Under the pieces are notes generated by a model that was not told the DNA's origin, ran no database searches, and saw only the letters and a program-made list of their open reading frames with translations. Shown here in pieces: positions 34,517 to 43,290 of a stretch of DNA of 64,000 nucleotides (position 1 is its first letter; each line of letters begins with the position of its first letter). The position numbers were made by a program, and so were the translations under genes. Origin of the DNA: a virus; the IMG/VR virus record IMGVR_UViG_3300045988_154892. One strand, 5' to 3'.

Positions 34517-35242
34517 ATGAAAACTCAAATTAGAATGGGTGTGTTTGAGACAAATTCATCAAGTATGCATTCGCTTTGCGTGATGAAAAATGAAGGTAAA
34601 TATACTCCACAAGAAATTACTCATGATATGTGGTTATGGGATGATTCAAAAACAGGAGAGAAAAATTGTATTTGGAGACCATATGAGGAAGATTTATATT
34701 TTGGAAGATCTCCATTTAGGGCATTAGCAAGTTTTTCTGATAAATGGCTATATGCTTGTGCTTCGTTGGTTGAAGAATATAATGATGATACATATAAAGA
34801 ATTATTACGAATTGTTAAGAAATATGTGCCGACATTAAAGAAAATTGAACTTCCAGAAAAATGTAAATATATTCCGAATAAAGATAACGAAGAATATAAT
34901 GCAGACAATTATTACCAGGAAGGAATGACGGAAGAAGAGTTAAACAAGTTTCTTTCTGACAAAGAAGAACAATATGGAATTGAAATTAATTATTGGACTG
35001 ATTCAGAAAATGAATCCTGGAGATTCAATATTCCAGATACTGGTTCTGTGGATGAAGATATCCTTAGTGGATTTTTAAAAAAAGAGAATATCACATTAGA
35101 AGAGTTTATTTCTAACAAAAAATATGTAGTAATTCAGGATGGAGATGAAACATGCTATTTTTCTGGAATGAAAGAAGTAGGTTTAATCAATATGGATGCA
35201 ATTGATCATGAATATCCAGAAGGGGAATGGTGGGAAAGATGA
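34517..35242 (+). CDS. FETNSSS-motif protein, paralog A
   Basis: N-terminus MKTQIRMGVFETNSSSMHSL shared with the next gene. Confidence 0.55.
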   Translation: MKTQIRMGVFETNSSSMHSLCVMKNEGKYTPQEITHDMWLWDDSKTGEKNCIWRPYEEDLYFGRSPFRALASFSDKWLYACASLVEEYNDDTYKELLRIVKKYVPTLKKIELPEKCKYIPNKDNEEYNADNYYQEGMTEEELNKFLSDKEEQYGIEINYWTDSENESWRFNIPDTGSVDEDILSGFLKKENITLEEFISNKKYVVIQDGDETCYFSGMKEVGLINMDAIDHEYPEGEWWER

Positions 35243-35640
35243 AAACACAAATTAGAAAAGGAACATTTGAAACAAATAGTAGCTCAGTTCACTCGCTCGT
35301 AATGTGTAATAAAAGCGATTATGATAAATGGGAGCAAGGAAAAGTATTTCTATTTAGAGGAAGTGGCTATGCCTATCCAGATGGCAACAAACCTCAAGTA
35401 AATCATTTTTATACAAAAGAAGAAGCAATCACCTTTGAAAAATCTAGCAAGTATCATCCAAATTTTACATACGACACAGAAGGAGATCTTTTGGATTTTC
35501 TTCATGAAAATGAATGGTATGATTATGACTATTTTTGGAATGAATGGTGCGATAATTATTGGGAAACTTTTGAAGAATTATTCACAACAGAGAATGGGGA
35601 CACTGTTATTGCGTTCGGCTATGATGGATATGACGGCTGA
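35239..35640 (+). CDS. FETNSSS-motif protein, paralog B
   Basis: N-terminus MKTQIRKGTFETNSSSVHSL; ATGA overlap. Confidence 0.55.
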   Translation: MKTQIRKGTFETNSSSVHSLVMCNKSDYDKWEQGKVFLFRGSGYAYPDGNKPQVNHFYTKEEAITFEKSSKYHPNFTYDTEGDLLDFLHENEWYDYDYFWNEWCDNYWETFEELFTTENGDTVIAFGYDGYDG

Positions 35641-35663
35641 TAAAATTTAGGAGGATTATAGGA

Positions 35664-36560
35664 ATGGAATTATTAGGAGCTTATAAAAATGGCAATTATC
35701 GTACTCTTATATTGAGTGATGGGACAAAGATCAGAAAAACAAATGATGATGAGTTTATTCCGGATTTTGCAGAAAATATGGATATCAAAATAACAAATTG
35801 TTGCGATCGAAATTGTCTTATGTGTCATGAAGATAGTATTCCTGATGGGAAACATGGAGATATTATGAACGAAAAGTTTATTGATACTTTACATCCATAT
35901 CAGGAGGTAGCAATCGGTGGCGGTGATATCACTACACATCCTGATTTAATTCCATTCCTACAAAAACTTAAAGAACGAAAAGTAATTGCGAATATTACTG
36001 TAAATCAGATTCATTTTGAACAAAAACAGGATCTGATAAAAAGATTAGTTAATGAAAAACTGATCTACGGTCTTGGTGTATCACTTGTCAATCCAACGGA
36101 AAAATTTATTTCTCTAATTAAGCAATATCCAAATGCAGTAATTCATGTCATTAATGGTATCTTAAAACCATCTGATATCGAAGCATTAGGGAATAATAAT
36201 CTGAAGATGCTGATCCTTGGCTATAAGCAGCTTCGTAGAGGGACTGATTGGTATACAGAAGATCATGAAAATATTGTAGTAAGACAGATGTGGTTGAAAG
36301 AGAACATCTGTAACATTTACGACAAATTCAAAGTTGTGTCATTTGACAATCTAGCCATCGAACAGCTTAATATGCGACGTTTCTTTACGGACAAAGAATG
36401 GGAAGAATTTTACATGGGCGATGACGGAAAATTTACTTATTATATTGACATGGTAGAAAGAAAATTTGCAAAAAGTTCAACAGCGCCAATGGATAAAAGA
36501 TATGATCTGATAGATTCTACAGATGAGATGTTTAGGCGAATTGTGACAGAGAATAAATAA
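35664..36560 (+). CDS. radical SAM enzyme
   Basis: CDRNCLMC (CxxxCxxC) and GGGD motif. Confidence 0.7.
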   Translation: MELLGAYKNGNYRTLILSDGTKIRKTNDDEFIPDFAENMDIKITNCCDRNCLMCHEDSIPDGKHGDIMNEKFIDTLHPYQEVAIGGGDITTHPDLIPFLQKLKERKVIANITVNQIHFEQKQDLIKRLVNEKLIYGLGVSLVNPTEKFISLIKQYPNAVIHVINGILKPSDIEALGNNNLKMLILGYKQLRRGTDWYTEDHENIVVRQMWLKENICNIYDKFKVVSFDNLAIEQLNMRRFFTDKEWEEFYMGDDGKFTYYIDMVERKFAKSSTAPMDKRYDLIDSTDEMFRRIVTENK

Positions 36561-36561
36561 A

Positions 36562-36577
36562 TGAAATCGAAATTTCA
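36562..36577 (+). repeat. junction motif TGAAA-N6-TTTCA
   Basis: TGAAATCGAAATTTCA; GAGGAG downstream. Confidence 0.7.
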
Positions 36578-36591
36578 GAGGAGTGAGGAAT

Positions 36592-36873
36592 ATGCAAAAA
36601 GAATTTAAAAACTTATTTTGCGATTTTACAGATAGCGAATTAGAGAAATGTTATTGGAGTCGAATTAGAATTTTAAATAAAACCAATGAGGATTATGAGC
36701 CTTATAAAGATATGGTAAAAAAATGTCAAAAACTTATTGGATATGAATATAATCCCAAAATGGCAGATGCAATTTGCGAGGGACATATGTTTAACGAAAT
36801 TGCTAAACGATTTTTTAAAATTGTAAACATGAGTGATGATTTATGTGAAGTGTACGGGATTAAAAAGAGATAG
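36592..36873 (+). CDS. hypothetical protein
   Basis: ATG behind GTGAGGA. Confidence 0.5.
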   Translation: MQKEFKNLFCDFTDSELEKCYWSRIRILNKTNEDYEPYKDMVKKCQKLIGYEYNPKMADAICEGHMFNEIAKRFFKIVNMSDDLCEVYGIKKR

Positions 36874-36900
36874 GATCGTTCTTGCAAAGGAGTAATTTTT

Positions 36901-37248
36901 ATGGGTAAATTAAAAGATGAATGTTTAAGATCATATTTAGCAGAAAAGAAGATTAATATAGATTACTTCATGAAAATGGCTGGTGTTATTGAATATAAAA
37001 AAGCAATTGATAAATTTATGGAAAAATTTGATAGCTTATATTCTGAAGAATTGTGTTTGCATTTAACTGAAAGAGAGAATAATTGGGGCAATAACTATTA
37101 CAAAAAACATAAGTTCGATAAAAATTGCGAATGTAATAAATGTAAATACTTTTGCAGATGTATGAAAACGGTAGAAAATCCTGTAAGATCTTCAGACGGC
37201 AGATGCAAACAAAAGTACATCTTTGATAGTAAGGAAAAGGGAAAATAA
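36901..37248 (+). CDS. hypothetical Cys-rich protein
   Basis: ATG behind AAAGGAG; CECNKCKYFCRC. Confidence 0.5.
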   Translation: MGKLKDECLRSYLAEKKINIDYFMKMAGVIEYKKAIDKFMEKFDSLYSEELCLHLTERENNWGNNYYKKHKFDKNCECNKCKYFCRCMKTVENPVRSSDGRCKQKYIFDSKEKGK

Positions 37249-37333
37249 ACTTTGAATGTATATTTAGTAAGTATTAAGCGAAAAAGTTGGTGTCAGGATT
37301 ACGCTATGGTTGTTATAGCAGAAGATAAAATTC

Positions 37334-37591
37334 TTGAAAAATATGGCATTTTCCCGTTTTTGTGGAGAAAAAGAAAGGTTTGGTTGTGATAATAGCCATA
37401 GTTCTAAAGGTGTCTGGGATTGGGAGACTACTTGGTATGGAAAACATGATAAAAATAACAATAAATTTTCGTGGTTGAGATTTTGGGAGAAAAATACAAT
37501 TTGGAAGTATAAAAAATTTGAATGTCATACATGCGGTGCTAAATGGGAATCTCCACCATATCCTAAAAATATTGGTGGATATGAGTCATGA
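37334..37591 (+). CDS. Trp-rich zinc-ribbon-like protein (N-terminus uncertain)
   Basis: No SD at ATG 37334. Frame is +1 relative to a 45-codon ORF (TTG 37252 to TGA 37387) that is paralogous to 38906. Confidence 0.4.
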   Translation: MKNMAFSRFCGEKERFGCDNSHSSKGVWDWETTWYGKHDKNNNKFSWLRFWEKNTIWKYKKFECHTCGAKWESPPYPKNIGGYES

Positions 37592-37803
37592 ATTTCACAA
37601 AAGATGATATTACAGAAGAATTCGAAAATAATTTGCTTGAATTATTTTTAGATAAATTATCTGAGACACCTTCAAAGATTTTAAATGATGAAGGAGACTT
37701 AATGTATACGAATTATGAAGCTTTAGAAGTTCTACAGAAAGTTTTTGAAATCATTATGCAAGAGGACGATTTTAAAATTATATCGAAAACATTAGGAGAA
37801 TAA
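37588..37803 (+). CDS. hypothetical acidic protein
   Basis: ATGA overlap. Confidence 0.5.
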   Translation: MNFTKDDITEEFENNLLELFLDKLSETPSKILNDEGDLMYTNYEALEVLQKVFEIIMQEDDFKIISKTLGE

Positions 37804-37807
37804 TAAA

Positions 37808-37987
37808 ATGCGACGGTTAATCAATTATATTCGATCCTGTTTTTGTAAGCATGAATGGGAATTAATATTCGATACCAATATTTATGGTTATGATTTTTGG
37901 GGAAGGCTAGAATCAATGCCAAGATATCATGAAAAAACATACCGTTGTAAGAAATGTGGTATGGAGAAAAAATATCAATCAAATTAA
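37808..37987 (+). CDS. small zinc-ribbon-like protein, 59 aa
   Basis: CFC ... CKKCG. Confidence 0.4.
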   Translation: MRRLINYIRSCFCKHEWELIFDTNIYGYDFWGRLESMPRYHEKTYRCKKCGMEKKYQSN

Positions 37988-38001
37988 AGGAGAACAAGAT
38001 T

Positions 38002-38286
38002 ATGGCAGTATTAACAAATTTTGAAGAAGATGAACTGGTTGTAAATTGCAGTTGTGGTTGTGATGAAGGAGTTCATATTAAATTAGATCATGATACTGAA
38101 ACTGATGACTATGCTTTTATGGTATTTACCAATGGTAATTTTTACAAAGAACAAGGTCATACCTTTTCGACAAAGCTGAGAAAAATTTGGGCTGTTATCC
38201 GTAATAAAGATTTTTATTATGCAGATATCTGTATGAGTAAAGAGGATTTCCGAAGATTCAAAGAATGGGTCAACAAAGTAGCATAA
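38002..38286 (+). CDS. hypothetical protein
   Basis: ATG behind AAAGGAGAA. Confidence 0.5.
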   Translation: MAVLTNFEEDELVVNCSCGCDEGVHIKLDHDTETDDYAFMVFTNGNFYKEQGHTFSTKLRKIWAVIRNKDFYYADICMSKEDFRRFKEWVNKVA

Positions 38287-38301
38287 AAAAGGAGAGCAGT
38301 C

Positions 38302-38694
38302 GTGCGTATGGTAAATAATAGTTTTGAAATTGGAGAAAAATGCTGGACAGTGTGTAAAAAGAGAATACAGCACAAGTGTCCTGTATGTGATGGCAATGGG
38401 TATTTTACTTACAATGGGTATGAAATTCAGTGCAGAAATTGCGGTTCAACTGGTAAAGTAACTGATGCGGCACAATCGGTACTGAGTTCATGTAAAGTTG
38501 TTATTGATAGAATTGATGTAACCTTTTATAGCGATGGATCGGATAAGATTAAGTATAGAGTACATGCTTTAGAAGAAAACAGATATAAAATTCCAGTTCG
38601 AAACCGTTCAGAAAAGAATCTCTTCAAAACACGAGAAGAAGCCGAAGCATATTGTTTTAAAGAAAATACAAAAGAAATAAATATGCCAACTTAA
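38302..38694 (+). CDS. protein with DnaJ-type zinc finger
   Basis: CPVCDGNG ... CRNCGSTG (CxxCxGxG twice). Confidence 0.5.
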   Translation: MRMVNNSFEIGEKCWTVCKKRIQHKCPVCDGNGYFTYNGYEIQCRNCGSTGKVTDAAQSVLSSCKVVIDRIDVTFYSDGSDKIKYRVHALEENRYKIPVRNRSEKNLFKTREEAEAYCFKENTKEINMPT

Positions 38695-38695
38695 T

Positions 38696-38905
38696 ATGAA
38701 AGAAGGGCTAATGTATATGACAGTAGAAGAATTACAGCTGGAAGCATTTCGACAGATCAGGAGAAAAGTATCTGATATTACGGATGAATCATCAAATGAT
38801 GAGATTGCTGGTTATGTCAAAGGTATTGTAAATCTGGAAAGAGAACTGTATAAAAGGATTGAAGAAGACAATAAACCAATGAATAGTGAGGACATAGTAA
38901 GATAA
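38696..38905 (+). CDS. hypothetical protein (start uncertain)
   Basis: ORF in array; alternative ATGs at 38711 and 38717. Confidence 0.4.
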   Translation: MKEGLMYMTVEELQLEAFRQIRRKVSDITDESSNDEIAGYVKGIVNLERELYKRIEEDNKPMNSEDIVR

Positions 38906-39109
38906 ATGATGAATGTGTATTTGGTGAAAATTAAACCAACTGAATGGTGTCAAGATTATGCCATGGTAGTTATAGCAGAAGACGAAAAACATGCAGAAAG
39001 AAAAGCAAGGTGGAGTTCTGATGATTTTCGAAAAGCTACGGACGTTGTGGTGCAGAAAATAAATTTAGATCAAGAACAGGTCGTATTGATTGCAAATACA
39101 GGAGCATAA
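38906..39109 (+). CDS. hypothetical protein, paralog of the ORF at 37252
   Basis: NVYLVKIKPTEWCQDYAMVVIAED versus NVYLVSIKRKSWCQDYAMVVIAED. Confidence 0.5.
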   Translation: MMNVYLVKIKPTEWCQDYAMVVIAEDEKHAERKARWSSDDFRKATDVVVQKINLDQEQVVLIANTGA

Positions 39110-39123
39110 GGAAGAGGTAAGGT

Positions 39124-39372
39124 ATGAGAAATTTAGATGAAAATGATTTAAAGGTATTATTTGAATCGCTTGGACAAATCTTACATAATCAGGATAAAAT
39201 TAATAAACATTTTGGTATTAACAAACATGATTGTGATTGGGGATATGAAGATACAAAAACAGAAGATTTGAGTCAAGAATGTTTTGTTATTACTCAGGAT
39301 TATAAGGATTATATTGATGAGCAGGAAGAAGAGCAAAAGAAAATCCCGATAGATCCAATGGCAATATTTTAA
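39124..39372 (+). CDS. hypothetical acidic protein
   Basis: ATG behind AGAGGTAAGG. Confidence 0.5.
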   Translation: MRNLDENDLKVLFESLGQILHNQDKINKHFGINKHDCDWGYEDTKTEDLSQECFVITQDYKDYIDEQEEEQKKIPIDPMAIF

Positions 39373-39384
39373 TGAGTAACTCGA

Positions 39385-39400
39385 TGAAATGTTGTTTTCA
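39385..39400 (+). repeat. junction motif TGAAA-N6-TTTCA
   Basis: TGAAATGTTGTTTTCA; CAGGAGG 3 nt downstream. Confidence 0.7.
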
Positions 39401-39413
39401 ACAGGAGGAAGAG

Positions 39414-40055
39414 ATGGATAAATATTTGAGTGTGATTACAAACTTTGGCTGCCACTATGCGTGTCCATATTGTATTGTCAAGAATAATAATATGCAGATT
39501 CCTAAAAGTACATTGGAAGGGATTGATTCCTTAGCAGATGAGATTAAGAGGAATAATTGCAATTGGGTTTCTTTGTCGGGTGGCGGAGATCCAATTTGGG
39601 ATTATGAAAATCATAAAGATTGGTATAACAAATTTTTTGATATTGTTAACGCACTAAGGGTAAAAATCGAATTACATACAAGTATTCCTAATCTAAGTAA
39701 TGTTCCATATAACCGCTTCAACAGAGTAGTGTATCATCTGCATAGTCTTAAACAGCTCCGTTCCATCAAAAGAATTGGCAATGAAATTATTAGAGTTGTC
39801 TTTGTGGTAACAAAAGATTTTACGGAAGATCTAATCAATAAAATTGCTGTTTACTGTTATAATTCAGATAATATTGACGAGTTAAGTTTTCGCCAGATGG
39901 TAGATAATCATTATCAGGAGACAGATTACTGCAGAGATTATCTAAGGTCGGGACATCAGAAATTATGGTGGTATATTGAGCAGAGCGACTACAATCTTTA
40001 TTATTGTGAAAATAAAGTATATACGGAATATAGAAAAATTGGAGAAAATATATGA
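39414..40055 (+). CDS. radical SAM enzyme (small)
   Basis: CHYACPYC (CxxxCxxC) and SLSGGGDP; start moved from 39372 to the ATG behind the SD. Confidence 0.65.
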   Translation: MDKYLSVITNFGCHYACPYCIVKNNNMQIPKSTLEGIDSLADEIKRNNCNWVSLSGGGDPIWDYENHKDWYNKFFDIVNALRVKIELHTSIPNLSNVPYNRFNRVVYHLHSLKQLRSIKRIGNEIIRVVFVVTKDFTEDLINKIAVYCYNSDNIDELSFRQMVDNHYQETDYCRDYLRSGHQKLWWYIEQSDYNLYYCENKVYTEYRKIGENI

Positions 40056-40558
40056 GAGTAGCATTAACAGGACATAGAGCTGAAAGACTTGGACTCCCAG
40101 AAAACGAAGCGGATGATGCTTGGAAAAAGATTGAAGAATGGATTGTAAAACAGCTCTTTCAAATGATTGAAGTTTGTTATTTGGAGAGAGAGAATTTAGA
40201 TATCTATTGTGGTATGGCTTCAGGAAGCGATTTTGCATTTGGAACAGTAGCTATGTTAGTGAAGGTGTACGAAATCATTCCGTTGCGATTGCATTGTGTT
40301 CTACCATGTAAAGATTATAATTCGTCACATGCATTATATGATTACATGAAAAAATATGCAGACGAATGGATTGAATTATCTGATGAATTTTACAAAGGTT
40401 GCGACAATGCAAGAGATCAATATATGGTTGACCACTGTGATGTATTGTTGGCAATTTGGGATGGTAAAAAATCTGGTGGTGTATGGTCTACGATTCGCAA
40501 AGCGCAAAAGGCGGGTAAACAGATTGTGTATTGTCCTAAAGAAGTATTAGAGGGTTAA
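40052..40558 (+). CDS. YpsA-like SLOG-superfamily (DUF1273) protein
   Basis: VALTGHRAERLG ... CGMASGSDFAFG ... LLAIWDGKKSGGVW, Rossmann-like LOG/DprA pattern. Confidence 0.6.
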   Translation: MRVALTGHRAERLGLPENEADDAWKKIEEWIVKQLFQMIEVCYLERENLDIYCGMASGSDFAFGTVAMLVKVYEIIPLRLHCVLPCKDYNSSHALYDYMKKYADEWIELSDEFYKGCDNARDQYMVDHCDVLLAIWDGKKSGGVWSTIRKAQKAGKQIVYCPKEVLEG

Positions 40559-40705
40559 TTATATGTTAAAAACGGTCGAAAACAAAGAAGAATTAGAAAA
40601 TTTGATGAGACTGCGAACGCACACTCGTGGCTTCAGTCATGAGTAAGTGAGCGCAAAACAACAAAAATCAAACAGAGGATCTTATATCAGAAAGATGGTG
40701 ATATT

Positions 40706-41812
40706 GTGTCAGAAAAAGCTTATAAGTATAGAATCTATCCAAATAAAAAACAGCAAGAATTAATCCAGAAAACATTCGGATGCTGCAGATTTGTATATAA
40801 CTATTTCTTAGATAAAAGAAAATCAGAATATGAGAAAGATAAAACATCTTTATCTTACAACGATACAAGTAAACTGCTTACGAAATTAAAGCAAGAATTA
40901 AGCTGGTTAAAAGAGCCAGACAAAGATTCTCTACAGAAAACGCTAAAAGATTTAGATATGGCTTACCAAAAGTTTTTCAAAGAGTATGCTGGTTATCCAA
41001 AGTTCAAGAGTAAAAAGAACAGATACAAGTCATATAGAACCAGTTGTACAAACAACAACATTTCTTTTCAGAACAAACATATTAAGTTGCCAAAGCTTGG
41101 TTTGATTAAAATCCGAGATAGACAAATTACGCAAGGAAGAATCTTAAACGCCACTATCTCACAGGAACCAAATGGACACTACTATTGTTCTTTATGTTGT
41201 ACTGATGTAGATTTTCCACAATATCAGAAAACCAATCAGAATATTGGGATTGACTTAGGTTTAGTAGATTTTGCAATTACGTCTGATGGAATAAAAATTG
41301 AAAATCCTCAGTTTTATGAAAAATCAGAACAGAAACTTGCTAGATTACAGAGAGAACTTTCGAGAAAAACAATCGGTGGTTCCAACTGGAATAAAGTACG
41401 AATCAAAGTTGCGAATCTACAGAAACACGTAGCTAATCAACGCAAGGATTTCTTACAAAAGCTTACTACTCGGATTATAAAACAGAATGACATTATTTGT
41501 ATTGAGGATTTAGATGTGAAATCTATGAAAGAAACAGATACTTCCATTCGTAATAAACGGGTAGGAGATGTATCTTGGTCAGAATTTCGTAGAATGCTTA
41601 CATATAAATCTCAGTGGTATGGAAAAACATTATCTGTTGTAGACAGATATTTCTCATCATCTCAGATTTGTCATTGTTGCGGTTATAGAGACGGTAAGAA
41701 AACAGAAGATATTCGTGAGTGGACATGTTCTGAATGTGGAACTATTCATGACAGAGATATAAACGCTGCGATTAATATTCTTAATGAAGGATTAAGGCTT
41801 TTAAATGTCTAA
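40706..41812 (+). CDS. tnpB: TnpB (IS605 OrfB) RNA-guided nuclease
   Basis: KAYKYRIYPNKKQ, IGIDLGL, CIEDL, zinc finger CHCCG...CSECG, DRDINAAINI. Confidence 0.9.
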   Translation: MSEKAYKYRIYPNKKQQELIQKTFGCCRFVYNYFLDKRKSEYEKDKTSLSYNDTSKLLTKLKQELSWLKEPDKDSLQKTLKDLDMAYQKFFKEYAGYPKFKSKKNRYKSYRTSCTNNNISFQNKHIKLPKLGLIKIRDRQITQGRILNATISQEPNGHYYCSLCCTDVDFPQYQKTNQNIGIDLGLVDFAITSDGIKIENPQFYEKSEQKLARLQRELSRKTIGGSNWNKVRIKVANLQKHVANQRKDFLQKLTTRIIKQNDIICIEDLDVKSMKETDTSIRNKRVGDVSWSEFRRMLTYKSQWYGKTLSVVDRYFSSSQICHCCGYRDGKKTEDIREWTCSECGTIHDRDINAAINILNEGLRLLNV

Positions 41813-41910
41813 ATAATATAAGAACCGTAGGAACTACGGGGATAGCTCGGTGATACTTAACTCAATGGAGTTATTGACCGAGAACCCTGCGACTTTAGTC
41901 GTGGGAGGTT
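41760..41910 (+). ncRNA. omega/reRNA scaffold of tnpB element 2 (approximate)
   Basis: Hairpins CCGTAG/CTACGG 41825-41839, CTCGGT/ACCGAG 41846-41882, CCCTGCGAC/GTCGTGGG 41885-41905. Confidence 0.5.
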
Positions 41911-42172
41911 CAGAATTAAAGATATAGATAAAATTGTATTATACACAACTACAAAAGACGTTAAAACAGGTGAAGAAAGTGAAATACAAATTGATATTAC
42001 AAATTGTCATGATGCAGCAATTACTATAGATAAATGGGAAGAATTGAATATCAAAAAAATGAGGAATGAAATGAAAAAGAAAATATCTATTGAATGTTTA
42101 AATTATAATATGGAATTTAAAAAAGATGATAATAAGAATAATTTTCTTACATATATGTGGGAAAATAAGTAA

Positions 42173-42502
42173 ATGGGTATAAAGATGTCAGTAGGATTTA
42201 ATTGGTTCAAATCGTACAAAATACATATCCATAAAGGAACCACGATGTTTGACTATGATGATTCAGACATCGAATATATTGGCGGAGGCAGCACATCACA
42301 TTCTGGATATAATATTGGCTTGGTACAAGATTTGATCGAAAAATATAGTGGAAAGAGAATGCCTATTATACAAGGAGAATGGTTTGATTCAGAAGATCAA
42401 GATTTACATCTGATTGATCCAGCAGAGATGACTGAGATTTGCCAGAGAATTTTAGACGGAAGCGAGGTAGATAAGGTTAATATGAGATCTCGCATTGAAT
42501 GA
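42173..42502 (+). CDS. hypothetical protein
   Basis: ORF in array; weak SD. Confidence 0.5.
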   Translation: MGIKMSVGFNWFKSYKIHIHKGTTMFDYDDSDIEYIGGGSTSHSGYNIGLVQDLIEKYSGKRMPIIQGEWFDSEDQDLHLIDPAEMTEICQRILDGSEVDKVNMRSRIE

Positions 42503-42570
42503 TTTAAAAAATTGTCTGATCAAGGATACTATTTATCTTATGACTATGCGTAATTGAGGAAGGATGCAGC

Positions 42571-42846
42571 GTGGAAATTAAAGAAGAAAAAGTTACTCAA
42601 ACAGTCAAGACTTATACTTTTACAGAAGACGAATATCACGAACTAATTTATAACCAGAGAAAATATGGGTACAACAAAGCATTAGAATATATTGGATTCT
42701 GTGTAGGAAACTATAAATACAAGGTTAGTACTCTTGGAGGAATAGCACAATTCATTGAAGATTTATTGGATTATCTCAAGAATGGATACAGGATGAATAA
42801 TATGTATGATTTAAGTTTTAACGAATGGATTAAAAAGAATAGATAA
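42571..42846 (+). CDS. hypothetical protein
   Basis: GTG behind GAGGAAGGA. Confidence 0.5.
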   Translation: MEIKEEKVTQTVKTYTFTEDEYHELIYNQRKYGYNKALEYIGFCVGNYKYKVSTLGGIAQFIEDLLDYLKNGYRMNNMYDLSFNEWIKKNR

Positions 42847-42864
42847 TATTTCAGGAGAGAATAT

Positions 42865-42905
42865 ATTTTTAGAACGAAAGAGAGACTGGAGAGACGAAAC
42901 AAATG
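42865..42905 (+). repeat. repeated leader GAGAGACTGGAGAGAC, copy 1
   Basis: 16-mer at 42880-42895, 7 nt before ATG 42903. Confidence 0.6.
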
Positions 42906-43109
42906 TATATATGTAGAAAAATGAGACTTTGCACATTTTTGTTGGAAAAAGGATTTAAATATAAAAAAGAAGTTCCAGATAGATATAACCCAAATTATAA
43001 ATGTTGGCTGTTTGATAACACACCAGAATTAAGAAACGAAATAGAAAATTATTATTCTCAAATTAAAAAGAAAAATACATATTTGAACAGACGCTCTAAC
43101 TTTAGTTAG
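42903..43109 (+). CDS. DUF5659-like small protein
   Basis: MRLCTFLLEKGFKY...CWLFDNTPELRNEIENYY resembles the family as I recall it. Confidence 0.45.
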   Translation: MYICRKMRLCTFLLEKGFKYKKEVPDRYNPNYKCWLFDNTPELRNEIENYYSQIKKKNTYLNRRSNFS

Positions 43110-43250
43110 AGTGATATATATTATCTTTACTTATATTATTATCTATAATTATTCTCTCGGCGCAACCACAGAAATGTGTGGTACTTTTCGAGAGAGACTC
43201 GATACAACAACATCAAAATGTGTTGCTATCAACTATGGAAAATAAGAAAG

Positions 43251-43290
43251 AAATTTTTAGGAGAGACTGGAGAGACAGAGAGACGGAGTG
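43251..43290 (+). repeat. repeated leader GAGAGACTGGAGAGAC, copy 2
   Basis: 16-mer at 43262-43277, 10 nt before GTG 43288. Confidence 0.6.

Larger units (their letters stand above)
40607..41910 (+). mobile_element. IS200/IS605-family tnpB-only element (boundaries approximate)
   Basis: Subterminal hairpin 40623-40644, tnpB, structured 3' end finishing GGGAGGTT; flank TTGAT at 40602-40606. Confidence 0.65.
40563..42172 (+). pseudogene. small phage ORF split by the tnpB element
   Basis: 5' part MLKTVENKEELENL (40563 onward) reads into element sequence and stops at 40644. A start-less 3' part IKDIDKIVLYTTT...MWENK runs 41915-42172. Confidence 0.55.

Noticed and set aside
42500-42552. In-frame TGA at the end of ORF 42173 followed by 16 more sense codons (FKKLSDQGYYLSYDYA)
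   Set aside because: The extension is too short to distinguish from chance and has no conserved motif. It is mentioned only because of the other in-frame stops.
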